A stretch of DNA of 64,000 bases from Nitrospirota bacterium. GTDB taxonomy: Bacteria > Nitrospirota > UBA9217. Under the pieces are notes generated by a model. It worked only from the letters and a program-made list of their open reading frames with translations. It did no database searches and was not told the DNA's origin. The DNA is taken from NCBI GenBank assembly GCA_963737155.1, contig CAVTRN010000002.1, forward strand, positions 2,240,001 through 2,304,000, written 5' to 3'. A program made the position numbers and the translations under genes. Of the stretch, positions 39,953-49,901 are shown piece by piece; the first letter of the stretch is position 1, and each line of letters begins with the position of its first letter.

Positions 39953-41029
39953 ATGAAATCAATCGAGCAAATTAAAGACAAAGTTTTCTCCGGCAGACGG
40001 CTGACCCGCAAAGACGGAATCGATCTTTTCAAATCAAACAATCTTCTCGCACTTGGTCGCATGGCCACTCATATTGCGCGGCAAAAAAACGGGAACCGAG
40101 TCTTCTTTGTCCAGAATATGCACATCAACCCCACGAATATTTGCGTGAACCGCTGCAAGTTCTGCGCGTTCAGCCGAAGCAAGGGCGAGCCTGGCGCCTA
40201 CGAAATGAGCATTGACGATATTTTGAACAAAGCCAGAAGCGCCGGGAAAAATGTTCGCGAATTTCATATCGTTTCCGGTCTTCACCCCCACCTGCCCTTT
40301 TCCTGGTACATGGACATGCTGAGGGCGCTCAAGGAACAGTTTCCAGAAATCCATCTCAAGGCCTTTACCGCCGTGGAGATCGACTATCTTGCAAAGCTGT
40401 CCGGCCTGAGTCTGACTGACACACTCCTGAAACTCAAAGAGGCCGGGCTGGGTTCTCTTCCTGGTGGGGGCGCTGAAATATTCAATTCCTCTGTCCGCAA
40501 TACATTGTGCGCCGAGAAGATCAGCGGAGACCGCTGGCTTGAGGTGATTGAAGCTGCGCATAAAGTTGGACTTAAAACAAACGCAACCATGCTCTATGGC
40601 CATATCGAAACCGCCGAGCACCGAATCGACCATCTCATCCGTCTCCGCGAACTCCAGGACCATACTGGCGGCTTCCAGGCTTTTATTCCCCTGAGTTTCC
40701 ATTCACAGAATACGGAAATAAGAAAATCGGCTTATACTACGGGATTCGATGACCTCAAAACTCTGGCCATATCCCGGTTGATGCTTGACAATTTTGACCA
40801 CATTAAAGCCTATTGGGTTATGCTCGGCGAAAAAGTTGCCCAGGTCGCGCTCAGCTTCGGCGTCGACGACCTTGACGGCACCGTTATCGAAGAACGTATT
40901 ACGAAAGCGGCTGGCGGAGTTACCGACGGAATTATGACGAAAGACGATATTTTACACCTTATCAAGCAGGCAGGACGCACACCGGTAGAGCGCGACACAG
41001 TCTATCATTTCATCAAAACGTGGAAGTAA
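39953..41029 (+). CDS. mqnE: Aminofutalosine synthase (radical SAM)
   Basis: NPTNICVNRCKFCAF, KAFTAVEI, HIKAYW, DGTVIEERI. Confidence 0.92.
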   Translation: MKSIEQIKDKVFSGRRLTRKDGIDLFKSNNLLALGRMATHIARQKNGNRVFFVQNMHINPTNICVNRCKFCAFSRSKGEPGAYEMSIDDILNKARSAGKNVREFHIVSGLHPHLPFSWYMDMLRALKEQFPEIHLKAFTAVEIDYLAKLSGLSLTDTLLKLKEAGLGSLPGGGAEIFNSSVRNTLCAEKISGDRWLEVIEAAHKVGLKTNATMLYGHIETAEHRIDHLIRLRELQDHTGGFQAFIPLSFHSQNTEIRKSAYTTGFDDLKTLAISRLMLDNFDHIKAYWVMLGEKVAQVALSFGVDDLDGTVIEERITKAAGGVTDGIMTKDDILHLIKQAGRTPVERDTVYHFIKTWK

Positions 41030-41058
41030 ATCCTCGCAAAAACCACCGATAAACAAAT

Positions 41059-42141
41059 ATGGCAAGGGAATTGGAAAAAATTGCGGTTCACATTGCAAAG
41101 GGAAAGCGCATCACTCCCGAGGAGGGACTGTTTCTCTTCAGACACGCCGACCTTCTTACTCTCGGAGAACTGGCGAACTCCGTCCGAAAAAAGCTGCACC
41201 CAAAGCGGATCGTGACCTTTGTTGTCGACCGCAACATCAATTATACCAACATCTGCGTGAACAAATGCTCCTTCTGCGCCTTCTATCGTAATGCAGACAG
41301 TTCTGAAGCATATATTCTATCAAAAAAGGAAATTTTCCGGAAAATCGAAGAAACTATTGCCCAGGGCGGTACGCAGATTCTTATGCAGGGCGGGGTCCAC
41401 CCCGACCTCGGCTTGGAGTATTTTGAGGACCTTTTTTCATCCATCAAAGCGAAATTTACTATACAGATACATTCCCTTTCTCCCGCCGAAATAACTTTCC
41501 TCGCGCAGAAATCGGGCATCTCCGTCATAGAAACACTTCGGCGTTTAAATTCTACGGGATTGGATTCGATTCCTGGGGGTGGCGCCGAAATTCTTGTCGA
41601 CCGCGTCAGAAAAAAGATTAGTCCGAATAAGATCCGCTGGCGGCAATGGGCCGATGTGATGAAAACTGCCCATGCACTCGGCATGCCGTCAACTGCGACC
41701 ATGATGTTCGGAAGCGTAGAAACGGACAAGGAGATTGTAGAGCATTTGGTCAGGATCAGGGAAATCCAGGACGATACGGGAGGTTTCACTGCATTCATTC
41801 CATGGACTTATCAGCCCGGCAATACGAAACTCGGGGGTCGGGCAGCAACAGCTGTTGAATATTTGAAGGTTCTCGCGCTTTCTCGGGTAATGCTCGACAA
41901 TGTTGCCAATATACAGGCATCATGGGTAACGCAGGGAGCAAAAATCGCACAGGTCGCGCTCGAATTTGGCGCCAATGATTTTGGAAGTACGATGATCGAG
42001 GAAAATGTCGTAGCTGCTGCCGGAGTTACGTTCAGAATGACGAAACAGGAGATCGTGAATATAATTAGTGATGCGGGCTACTCCGCTGCGCAGCGAAATA
42101 CGCGCTATAAAATTCTGAAGATCGAAGAAGTAAATATTTGA
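41059..42141 (+). CDS. mqnC: Cyclic dehypoxanthine futalosine synthase (radical SAM)
   Basis: DRNINYTNICVNKCSFCAF, QASWVTQG, GSTMIEENVV. Confidence 0.92.
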   Translation: MARELEKIAVHIAKGKRITPEEGLFLFRHADLLTLGELANSVRKKLHPKRIVTFVVDRNINYTNICVNKCSFCAFYRNADSSEAYILSKKEIFRKIEETIAQGGTQILMQGGVHPDLGLEYFEDLFSSIKAKFTIQIHSLSPAEITFLAQKSGISVIETLRRLNSTGLDSIPGGGAEILVDRVRKKISPNKIRWRQWADVMKTAHALGMPSTATMMFGSVETDKEIVEHLVRIREIQDDTGGFTAFIPWTYQPGNTKLGGRAATAVEYLKVLALSRVMLDNVANIQASWVTQGAKIAQVALEFGANDFGSTMIEENVVAAAGVTFRMTKQEIVNIISDAGYSAAQRNTRYKILKIEEVNI

Positions 42142-42271
42142 AATGCTAACGATGATCAAATGCCCGAATTAATATAGGGTACTCAATATTTTCCCCTTGT
42201 TACACGTCATGAAGTATTTATTTTTTGCATCGCGAATGTTAACAAATAGAAATACTTTGATTAACGGGTGG

Positions 42272-42326
42272 TTATCTACCATGTACACAAAAGGTGTGGA
42301 TAACCTGTTATTAACTCTGTGAATAT
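42272..42326. promoter_or_regulatory. DnaA-box-like cluster
   Basis: Perfect TGTGGATAA at 42295-42303; degenerate TTATCTACC 42272, TGTTATTAA 42306, TGTGAATAT 42318; AT-rich intergenic region. Confidence 0.45.
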
Positions 42327-42407
42327 ATTTTTTTTTAGCACTGTTTTAGCTGAGAAAATGCAAATTGCTTAATAAATTAGCACCACAATATACATAATTA
42401 CAATGAG

Positions 42408-43676
42408 TTATGAGACGGTTGCGATAGTATATTCTTTTCTTACATTCAAAACACGTACATTAATTTTTCTTCCAATATGTTCTTTTTTGGCACCGATTAT
42501 ATGGACTCTAATATAGTTGTCCGAGAGACCGGAAAGCAACCCCGTTTCAGCATCCACCTTATCTTCAACTACGACAAGAAGCTCAGCATCAAGATGTTTT
42601 TGCCTGAATTTTAAGTTCTTTTCCCGTCCAATCAGACGAAGAGTTTCGCTCCGTTCTCTTTTCGTGGCCTCAGGCAGATGGGCTGTCATCTCTGACGCGG
42701 CAGTTCCGGGACGCGGTGAATAGCTGAACACATGCAAGTGGGTAAGCGGCACACTCTGAATGAGTTGCAGCGTGTTATTGAACGCGCTTTCCCCTTCACC
42801 GGGATACCCTACCATAACATCCGCGCCGAGAGCGATTCCCGGAACATTACTCGCAAGATTTTCGACAAGTTCACGGTAAAAACCAGCCGTATAATTCCTC
42901 TTCATTGACAATAGTATCCCATCATCACCGCTCTGAAGCGGTATATGGAGATGCCTGCACAGATCTTGTCCAATCAAATGAATGATGCCCTCGGTAATTT
43001 CCCGGGGTTCAATGGAACTCAAACGTATGCGTGAATGGCCTCTCATCCCTTTCAGCGACGCCAGTAGATCAGTGAGACTGGTCCTCTCTGACAAATCGAC
43101 GCCGTAGGCTCCAATATGGATGCCGGTGAGAACGATTTCAGGGCAATTTTTCTTCACCAGCCGTTCAAATTCCGACATCAGCTCCTTTGGATCAACACTC
43201 CGCGATCTACCTCGTGCGAATGGGACAATGCAGTAGGAACAGAAATTGTTGCATCCGTCCTGTATTTTGAGGAATCCACGAGTTCGGCTCTTTATTGCCT
43301 TAGATGTCTCAAATACCCTAGTTTTTTCGGGTGCCTCTTTTGACTGCGAGGCGACATACTGAGTTATTTTCGACTTCTCGCTGTTGCCGAAGACTGAATC
43401 GACACCGGGAATGCTCTTGATCTCGTCAGGCCGTATCTCCGCGTAACAACCGGTAACAATGACTTTTGCTCCCTGACCTCTGCGGGCTGCAGCCCTGATG
43501 ATCTGCCGACACTGAGCATCGCTCTTTGCCGTCACCGAACAGGTGTTGATAATATACACATCGGCCAGCTCGTTAAAAGGCACTACGGTATTTCCCTGCG
43601 ATGTAATGTCCTGGCGCAGGAGGTCTGTTTCATATTGATTGATTTTACATCCAAGGGTTGTAAAAGCTATTCGCAT
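42408..43676 (-). CDS. mtaB: tRNA t6A37 methylthiotransferase
   Basis: TLGCKINQYE, KIQDGCNNFCSYCIVP, RLSSIEP, HVFSYSPRPGT. Confidence 0.92.
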   Translation of the reverse strand: MRIAFTTLGCKINQYETDLLRQDITSQGNTVVPFNELADVYIINTCSVTAKSDAQCRQIIRAAARRGQGAKVIVTGCYAEIRPDEIKSIPGVDSVFGNSEKSKITQYVASQSKEAPEKTRVFETSKAIKSRTRGFLKIQDGCNNFCSYCIVPFARGRSRSVDPKELMSEFERLVKKNCPEIVLTGIHIGAYGVDLSERTSLTDLLASLKGMRGHSRIRLSSIEPREITEGIIHLIGQDLCRHLHIPLQSGDDGILLSMKRNYTAGFYRELVENLASNVPGIALGADVMVGYPGEGESAFNNTLQLIQSVPLTHLHVFSYSPRPGTAASEMTAHLPEATKRERSETLRLIGREKNLKFRQKHLDAELLVVVEDKVDAETGLLSGLSDNYIRVHIIGAKKEHIGRKINVRVLNVRKEYTIATVS

Positions 43677-44977
43677 AACTGGCCGGTAAGGGAATTCATG
43701 CCTGCTGCGGATATTTTCACTCTGACGAGGGCTCCGATTAGCGACGGGTCGGCTGAAACGTTTACGGTTTTGTTTCCCCGTGTTCTACCCGTAATCATCC
43801 CGCCTTTCTTGCTGATACTGTCGAGGAGTATTTCCTGAATCGTGCCGATTAATTCCCGATTCTTTTGGATGGTAATTTCCCTTTGAAGCGAGAGAATCCG
43901 GTCAAGTCGTTTTTCCTTGATATCTTCATCGAGATGCCCGGGAAACCCGAGAGCGTTCGTTCCCGGTCTTTTGGAATATTTAAACGCGAAAATACCGTCA
44001 TAGCGCACTTCCGACAACAGTTGCATGGTCATCTCGAAATCCTGTTCCGTTTCGCCGGGAAATCCGGCAATGATGTCGGTAGTAAGCGTAATACCAGGCA
44101 CTGCTTCCTGAAGTTGTTTCACTTTATCGAGGTAATCCCCTCGCCTGTATCCCCTGTTCATTGCGATGAGAATTGAGTCTGAGCCACTTTGTACTGGTAG
44201 ATGTATGGATTCGCATACTTTCGGCAATTCACGAATCGCATTGGTCAGCTTTTCAGACAGATCCCTTGGATGAGACGTCACAAATCTGATGCGTTCTATG
44301 CCGGGGATATCGTTTATCGACCGCAATAGAGCAGAGAAATCGATACCTTCTCCCAATCCTTTGCCGTATGAGTTTACATTCTGGCCAAGCAAAGTGACTT
44401 CTTTATAGCCCTTATACCCCAGTTCGCGCACCTCCGCAACAATATCCTCGGGCATGCGTGAACGCTCTCTACCCCTCAAATAGGGGACAACGCAATAGGT
44501 GCAGAAATTGTCGCATCCATACATGATTGACACCCATGCCTTGAATCTGTCGTTTCTGGCAGCGGGGAGGCGCTTCCGGTGATACTCAGGGTCTCCGGCT
44601 GTATCTACGAGGGTCCTAGTTCCAGAACGCTGCTGCTCAATAAGCGAGGAAAGACGGCCGATGTCCGAAGGCCCGAAAATCATGTCCACGTAAGGCGCTC
44701 GGGAAAGGATTCCTGCTCCCTCCTGCTGGGCAATGCAACCAGCTACGGCGATTTTCATGCTGGGATTCGTGGTTTTCAGGCTCTTCAACCTTCCGAGTTC
44801 GCTGAAAAACTTCTGTTCGGCCTTTTCCCGGATGCTACAGGTATTCAAGATAACCATGTCAGCACGCCCGGCTTCAGCCACCGATTCGCAGCCCTGGGCT
44901 TCGAGAATGCCTGTCATGCGCTCGGAATCGTGTTCATTCATCTGGCAGCCAAAGGTTATGATATGGAACGATTTCAT
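43667..44977 (-). CDS. miaB: tRNA i6A37 methylthiotransferase
   Basis: TFGCQMNEHDSE, GCDNFCTYCVVP, RFVTSHP, TRAM domain; start approximate. Confidence 0.94.
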   Translation of the reverse strand: MKSFHIITFGCQMNEHDSERMTGILEAQGCESVAEAGRADMVILNTCSIREKAEQKFFSELGRLKSLKTTNPSMKIAVAGCIAQQEGAGILSRAPYVDMIFGPSDIGRLSSLIEQQRSGTRTLVDTAGDPEYHRKRLPAARNDRFKAWVSIMYGCDNFCTYCVVPYLRGRERSRMPEDIVAEVRELGYKGYKEVTLLGQNVNSYGKGLGEGIDFSALLRSINDIPGIERIRFVTSHPRDLSEKLTNAIRELPKVCESIHLPVQSGSDSILIAMNRGYRRGDYLDKVKQLQEAVPGITLTTDIIAGFPGETEQDFEMTMQLLSEVRYDGIFAFKYSKRPGTNALGFPGHLDEDIKEKRLDRILSLQREITIQKNRELIGTIQEILLDSISKKGGMITGRTRGNKTVNVSADPSLIGALVRVKISAAGMNSLTGQLCE

Positions 44978-45071
44978 AGAATTCATATTATAATCCGCCG
45001 ATGACGGTTTCACAAGAGGTATCTCCAGTGCCGAGTTGCTTTATGTATTTAGGATATTGAGTCGACGAGGC

Positions 45072-45875
45072 TTAGCGGGTTATTGTAAAGAGAACGGTTT
45101 CTCCCCGCTTTACAGAAAGGTTCGTTCGGGCATTCTGCTTGTACAGGAATATTTCAAGAGCGCCGGAGCTATTGATGATAGCTCCCAGCGTCCCCGGAGT
45201 CGATTCGGCATAAAACTTATTCAAACCCATTATTTCCTTGCCGGCAATAATAACACTGGACACGTCCAGATCGGAGCCTTTGTCAAGAAACAGCTGAATT
45301 TCTTTGAAGGTGATGTCAGTGATAATATTGCCGAAGCGGTCGAAATGCACGATATGCCCTTCGATGCCATTTTCGACAATTTTCGGAGTGGGGACATTCA
45401 ACTTCACGAAATCACTAATTTCGTCCCCGAAGTTGCCCGATGCAATGCCTTTTGCAAGCCAAGCCGCGACAGGAGCAAAAATGTCCCGTCCATGGAAGGT
45501 CGGCCCCGGATGAGGGAGAAAATAATGGTCCGCAGTGATATGGTGGACGCGAATCCGCTCCGCCTCCTGGTAAATCAGGCTAAACAAGCCGTTGTCGGGG
45601 CCGACAAAATAATAGCTTTCCGTTACAACGATGATAGCTCTTCTTCCGCTCCCGACACCAGGGTCGACAACCGCGAGATGGATTGTGCCTTTTGGGAAAT
45701 GGCTGTAAGCCGACTTCAGTACATACCCTGCTTCCCAAATATCCAGTGGTGTGATCTCGTTGGATATGTCGATGATCTGAGCTTGTGGATTGATCTTGAG
45801 GATGACTCCCTTCATACTTCCAGTAAAGGGATCACGAGCACCGAAATCGGTTGTCAGTGTTATGAGAGGAAGCAT
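45072..45875 (-). CDS. SAM hydroxide adenosyltransferase / chlorinase-fluorinase family (DUF62)
   Basis: LTTDFG, VVDPGVG, GPDNG, TFHGRDIFAP, DRFGN. Confidence 0.92.
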   Translation of the reverse strand: MLPLITLTTDFGARDPFTGSMKGVILKINPQAQIIDISNEITPLDIWEAGYVLKSAYSHFPKGTIHLAVVDPGVGSGRRAIIVVTESYYFVGPDNGLFSLIYQEAERIRVHHITADHYFLPHPGPTFHGRDIFAPVAAWLAKGIASGNFGDEISDFVKLNVPTPKIVENGIEGHIVHFDRFGNIITDITFKEIQLFLDKGSDLDVSSVIIAGKEIMGLNKFYAESTPGTLGAIINSSGALEIFLYKQNARTNLSVKRGETVLFTITR

Positions 45876-46070
45876 TTATCCCTCATCGGTTCAAATTTTA
45901 AATTTGACGAATAATATCAGCACCCATATGCTTTGTCAACCTTAAGAATATGGTTTTGACTTCTCGTTATTGTACCAAGAGGAGAATTTCGCGGCCGGTC
46001 CTTGACAAATAGGTAATGTATGCTATCTTTCATTTACAGATTATCTAATCCAAAATTATGGCGGTGTTAT

Positions 46071-46385
46071 ATGAGGAGTGCTAAAGCTTGTTTGTTTATT
46101 CTCCTGGTTGCTCTACTCGGTGTCAGCAGCGCATTTGCAGTGCAGGAAGTTTCATCAGAGCTGGGGAAGAAGCTGTTTAACGATCCCAATCTCGGAACAG
46201 GGAGTAAGTCATGCAATACCTGCCACCCCGACGGTAAAGGACTTTCAAAAGCGGGAGACATGAATGATCTGCCCGATATCATCAACGGATGCATCACTCA
46301 TAATCTGAAGGGAAAGGCTCTGGATGCGAATTCTGTGGAAATGAAGTCTCTGATTCTGTATGTCAGGAGCCTTGGGCAGAAATAG
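46071..46385 (+). CDS. Small monoheme c-type cytochrome
   Basis: Signal peptide, GKKLFND..SCNTCHPDG. Confidence 0.85.
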   Translation: MRSAKACLFILLVALLGVSSAFAVQEVSSELGKKLFNDPNLGTGSKSCNTCHPDGKGLSKAGDMNDLPDIINGCITHNLKGKALDANSVEMKSLILYVRSLGQK

Positions 46386-46469
46386 CAGGTTGCCGAGCCA
46401 AGACCAGCAGATGGATGATAATGCACGATTTATTCAGACTACACTCCATGTCGTTCACAGAGGAGAGTT

Positions 46470-47135
46470 TTATTTAAGCTGTTCTGAGATAAAATCGAAT
46501 CGGCGCTCCCTGTACGATAGAATTCCCAGGACGTGGACACCACACATTTTTTCTATAAGCGCAGGATTCGTTTTTTCCGCCAACCCCATTTTCCCTCTCT
46601 TGGCTTGGTTGATCACGATACCAGCAATATCAATCCTCTTTTCGTTCAATGACGCGACCGTCAAGAGCGTATGATTAATTGTACCGAGGCCCGGTCTTGC
46701 GACGATTAAGACAGGGAGCCCCATGTCCCGAGCCAGTTCGCGGAAAGTATAATCATGCTTAAGCGGAACCATGATCCCACCTGCTCCTTCAATAATCATG
46801 AAATCATGTCTTTGTGCAAGCTCATGATAAGCTTTCATTATTTTTCCAGGAATGATTTGCGTCCCCTCCAATTCAGCGGATACAAATGGCGCGAGGGGCT
46901 TTTGAAAGCGATAGGGATTGACAAGGGCCAGTGCGTCTCTTGCTGCCGATGATTTCATAAGCAGCATCGCATCACGAGGAATGAGCCTACCCGATTGCCT
47001 GATGCATCCTGTTTCCGCGGGTTTCATCACCCCTGCGTTAACCCCCGCATGAACAAGAGCTCGCGCTATTCCCGCAGCAACATATGTCTTTCCCACACCA
47101 GTATCGGTCCCGGTAATAAAAATGCCTCTTTTCAT
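46470..47135 (-). CDS. bioD: Dethiobiotin synthetase
   Basis: TGTDTGVGKT, KPAETG, EGAGG, LGTINHT. Confidence 0.95.
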   Translation of the reverse strand: MKRGIFITGTDTGVGKTYVAAGIARALVHAGVNAGVMKPAETGCIRQSGRLIPRDAMLLMKSSAARDALALVNPYRFQKPLAPFVSAELEGTQIIPGKIMKAYHELAQRHDFMIIEGAGGIMVPLKHDYTFRELARDMGLPVLIVARPGLGTINHTLLTVASLNEKRIDIAGIVINQAKRGKMGLAEKTNPALIEKMCGVHVLGILSYRERRFDFISEQLK

Positions 47136-47148
47136 AATCCTCCAGCGA

Positions 47149-47889
47149 TTACATCAACCGGCTGTCGAGATTGAAAACCTGGCCTGAAACATCCTGCATA
47201 CGAGATAAATGATGAACAAAATCGGCCACCTCAAGCGGATTCGAAACGCGACTTAGCGTGTTTGCCTTAACTATACGATCAAACATCACCGTTGATATTT
47301 TGCCACCCATGTCCGTGGGGAGGTAACCCGGCAACACGGCATTTACTTTTATATTAAATGGGCCGAACTCCTTCGCGCAGGCTCTGGTCAAACCGATGAG
47401 CCCTGCTTTCGAAGCTGAATAATTTGCCTGTCCTTCCCGTCCCTGCAATCCGACGATAGAAGCAATCGAAATAATATGTCCGCCATTCTTTTTCATCATA
47501 CTCTCGGCAACGGCACGAATACAGTAAAACGGCCCGGTCAAATTGGTCCCGATCACATCGTCCCACTCCGTCTGGCTCATGTGAAGGAGTAAACCGTCTC
47601 GAGTCATGCCCGCATTATTCACCAGTACATCGATGTGGCCCCATCGTTTTACCGTCTCAGCGACCATTGCATCGACTTCAGCAGCTATACGTACATCGGC
47701 GTGCACGGCAATGGCATCTCCGTCCGCAGCCATGATGTTTTCGACCACAGATGCGGCATCGAGCGCTCCTTCCCGGTAATGTATGACAACCTTGTAACTG
47801 CTGTATCCGAACCGAAGGGCAATCGCTTTTCCCAGGCCCCGCGACGCGCCGGTGACCAGCACAACCTGCTTTTTATCTCCCATTGTCAT
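47149..47889 (-). CDS. FabG-like short-chain dehydrogenase/reductase
   Basis: TGASRGLG, NNAG, YSASK; start probably 47889, overlapping the bioF stop. Confidence 0.85.
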   Translation of the reverse strand: MTMGDKKQVVLVTGASRGLGKAIALRFGYSSYKVVIHYREGALDAASVVENIMAADGDAIAVHADVRIAAEVDAMVAETVKRWGHIDVLVNNAGMTRDGLLLHMSQTEWDDVIGTNLTGPFYCIRAVAESMMKKNGGHIISIASIVGLQGREGQANYSASKAGLIGLTRACAKEFGPFNIKVNAVLPGYLPTDMGGKISTVMFDRIVKANTLSRVSNPLEVADFVHHLSRMQDVSGQVFNLDSRLM

Positions 47890-49046
47890 ACTAGCAACCC
47901 TTCCTTTTTGCACTTGTCAAGAGCATCCAGCGCGCTGTCAATATCATCGTCACTATGGGTTGCCATGGCCGTGATTCGCACCCGCGCTGAACCTTCAGCC
48001 ACCGTGGGAGGTCTGATGGCCGATGCAAAGATGCCGTATTCAAAAAGCATGTTGTCCGCTCTAATCGCTTTTTCTGTATCTCCGATTATGAGCGGAATAA
48101 TCGCCGACTCAGACTTGCCGCAGCTGATACCCATTGTGCCGAGTCCGGCCACGAGCCGATCCCTGTTTTTCCAGAGAGCCATTCTTAAACCTGGCTCACG
48201 TTCGACGATAGCAATTGCCTCCATTGAAACTGCACATACCAGAGGCGGTAGCGCCGTACTGTACATAAAGCTCCGAGAACGGTTTATGAGAAAGTTTACA
48301 AGGCTCCTGCTGCCTGCCGCATAAGCACCGAACGACCCCAATGCCTTCCCGAGGGTCCCCATCTGGATAGGAACTCGGCCTCCAAGGCCAAAGTACTCGG
48401 CCGTGCCCTTGCCTCTTTCCCCCAGCACGCCCACCGCATGGGCATCATCTACCATGAGAATAGCGCCATATTTTTCAGACAGGCAAACAATTTCTGGAAG
48501 CGGAGCGATATCTCCCTCCATGCTGAATACTCCATCAGTAACAATAAGTCTGCGTCCGATGGAAGTCGCTTTTCGTAGTAGATCTTCGAGATGGTTCATA
48601 TCCTTGTGCCTGTAGACGGCGACCTGCGCTCTGCTCATGCGGCATCCGTCAATGATGCTTGCATGATTCAGGCTGTCACTTAGAATTAGATCGCCGGGCC
48701 CTGCAATCGCAGATAGGATGCCTGTGTTCGCTGCATAACCGGAGTTAAAAACAACGGCTGCTTCAGTATTTTTAAAGCGTGCAATCCGCTCTTCAAGTTC
48801 CACGTGAACCTCACTTGTCCCGGATACCAAGCGTGATGCGCCCGCCCCAAAACCATAGCGGCCTATAGCGGTCCTTGCCGCATCACACAGTGCAGGATGG
48901 CATGAAAGACCAAGGTAGTCGTTCGAGCACATGAGCAACAAGCTCCTACCGTTTACGACAATTCTTGCACCCTGGCGGGATTCAATAATGAGGGGTTGTC
49001 GTAACAGTTGTTTTTGGCTTAAATGTAAAAGTTCTTTTTCAAACAT
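47886..49046 (-). CDS. bioF: 8-amino-7-oxononanoate synthase
   Basis: SNDYLGL, NHASIIDG, DDAH, GTLGKALG. Confidence 0.95.
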   Translation of the reverse strand: MFEKELLHLSQKQLLRQPLIIESRQGARIVVNGRSLLLMCSNDYLGLSCHPALCDAARTAIGRYGFGAGASRLVSGTSEVHVELEERIARFKNTEAAVVFNSGYAANTGILSAIAGPGDLILSDSLNHASIIDGCRMSRAQVAVYRHKDMNHLEDLLRKATSIGRRLIVTDGVFSMEGDIAPLPEIVCLSEKYGAILMVDDAHAVGVLGERGKGTAEYFGLGGRVPIQMGTLGKALGSFGAYAAGSRSLVNFLINRSRSFMYSTALPPLVCAVSMEAIAIVEREPGLRMALWKNRDRLVAGLGTMGISCGKSESAIIPLIIGDTEKAIRADNMLFEYGIFASAIRPPTVAEGSARVRITAMATHSDDDIDSALDALDKCKKEGLLV

Positions 49047-49064
49047 GATTTATTGATAAGTTGA

Positions 49065-49901
49065 TCAGTTTCGTTCCATGATACTGAAATAATCTTCCAG
49101 CGTCTGAGCAACTTTGTGTTCGCCAGCGGACGTAATCATCACAGGCTCAAACTGAAGATATTTAATGAATGCCCCCAAATCAAAATGATCGCCGTCGACA
49201 AAAAAAACTCTTCCGCCAGTCGGATCGCCGGTCGTCTTCAACTCAGGGAAACGAAGGTAACCTGTTTGAAGTGAGGCAACATAACCTGCTGTGTATTCGG
49301 GATCGTCGGACCAGCAAAGTTCGGCTACGTTACCGGGAGCATGCGCGACTTTCGTTGCCAGCGCAAGCGCCTCAAAGGTGCGGAAGTGAGTAAGTCCCAG
49401 TGCAGCTAACCGGTGGCGGGTAAGCACCAGGGTCTGCTCATCCCAGTCAAACCGTGAGGCACGCACTCCCCTTTCCTGGTCCGGTTCAAGCCGAACTCCG
49501 GTCCGGGCATCCATAATGATTGCACCCCGCATTACATGGCCAGAAGTTGAAACGCCCTTACTCAGGTGGTTGATGGCTTTCTCTGCAGAATAAAGCGAAA
49601 TACCGGCATGTTGAAGGGCACAAACGGCTGATGATCTTCCTGCCTGCACTGAGGAGATGCCCAATGATGTCATATTGAGAGTCTTGATCCTGCGGATAAA
49701 TTGATTTCCCAAGTTTTCGGCAGTTAAGGTTATCTTATCCGGCAAGGGAATCCTGCCTGTGGCACGCGCCATAAGTTCACGTATCATGGCATCTATCGCA
49801 TCAAATGTGACGATGCGTTCAGCGCCGGATACATGCCTGCCCTGATAGGACGCGCGCATGCGGATGCTGTAGAGCTGGTCTTTCATAACAGGCTTAGACA
49901 T
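49065..49901 (-). CDS. bioW: 6-carboxyhexanoate-CoA ligase
   Basis: YSIRMRAS, HVSGAER, MRGA, EALALATKV, ELCWSDDPEYTAGY, GGRVFF. Confidence 0.9.
   Translation of the reverse strand: MSKPVMKDQLYSIRMRASYQGRHVSGAERIVTFDAIDAMIRELMARATGRIPLPDKITLTAENLGNQFIRRIKTLNMTSLGISSVQAGRSSAVCALQHAGISLYSAEKAINHLSKGVSTSGHVMRGAIIMDARTGVRLEPDQERGVRASRFDWDEQTLVLTRHRLAALGLTHFRTFEALALATKVAHAPGNVAELCWSDDPEYTAGYVASLQTGYLRFPELKTTGDPTGGRVFFVDGDHFDLGAFIKYLQFEPVMITSAGEHKVAQTLEDYFSIMERN

Noticed and set aside
45036-45914. 292-aa plus-strand ORF, and similar long ORFs at 60114-60995, 14159-14962 and 40034-40702
   Set aside because: Antisense shadows of well-supported genes, with no recognisable motifs.
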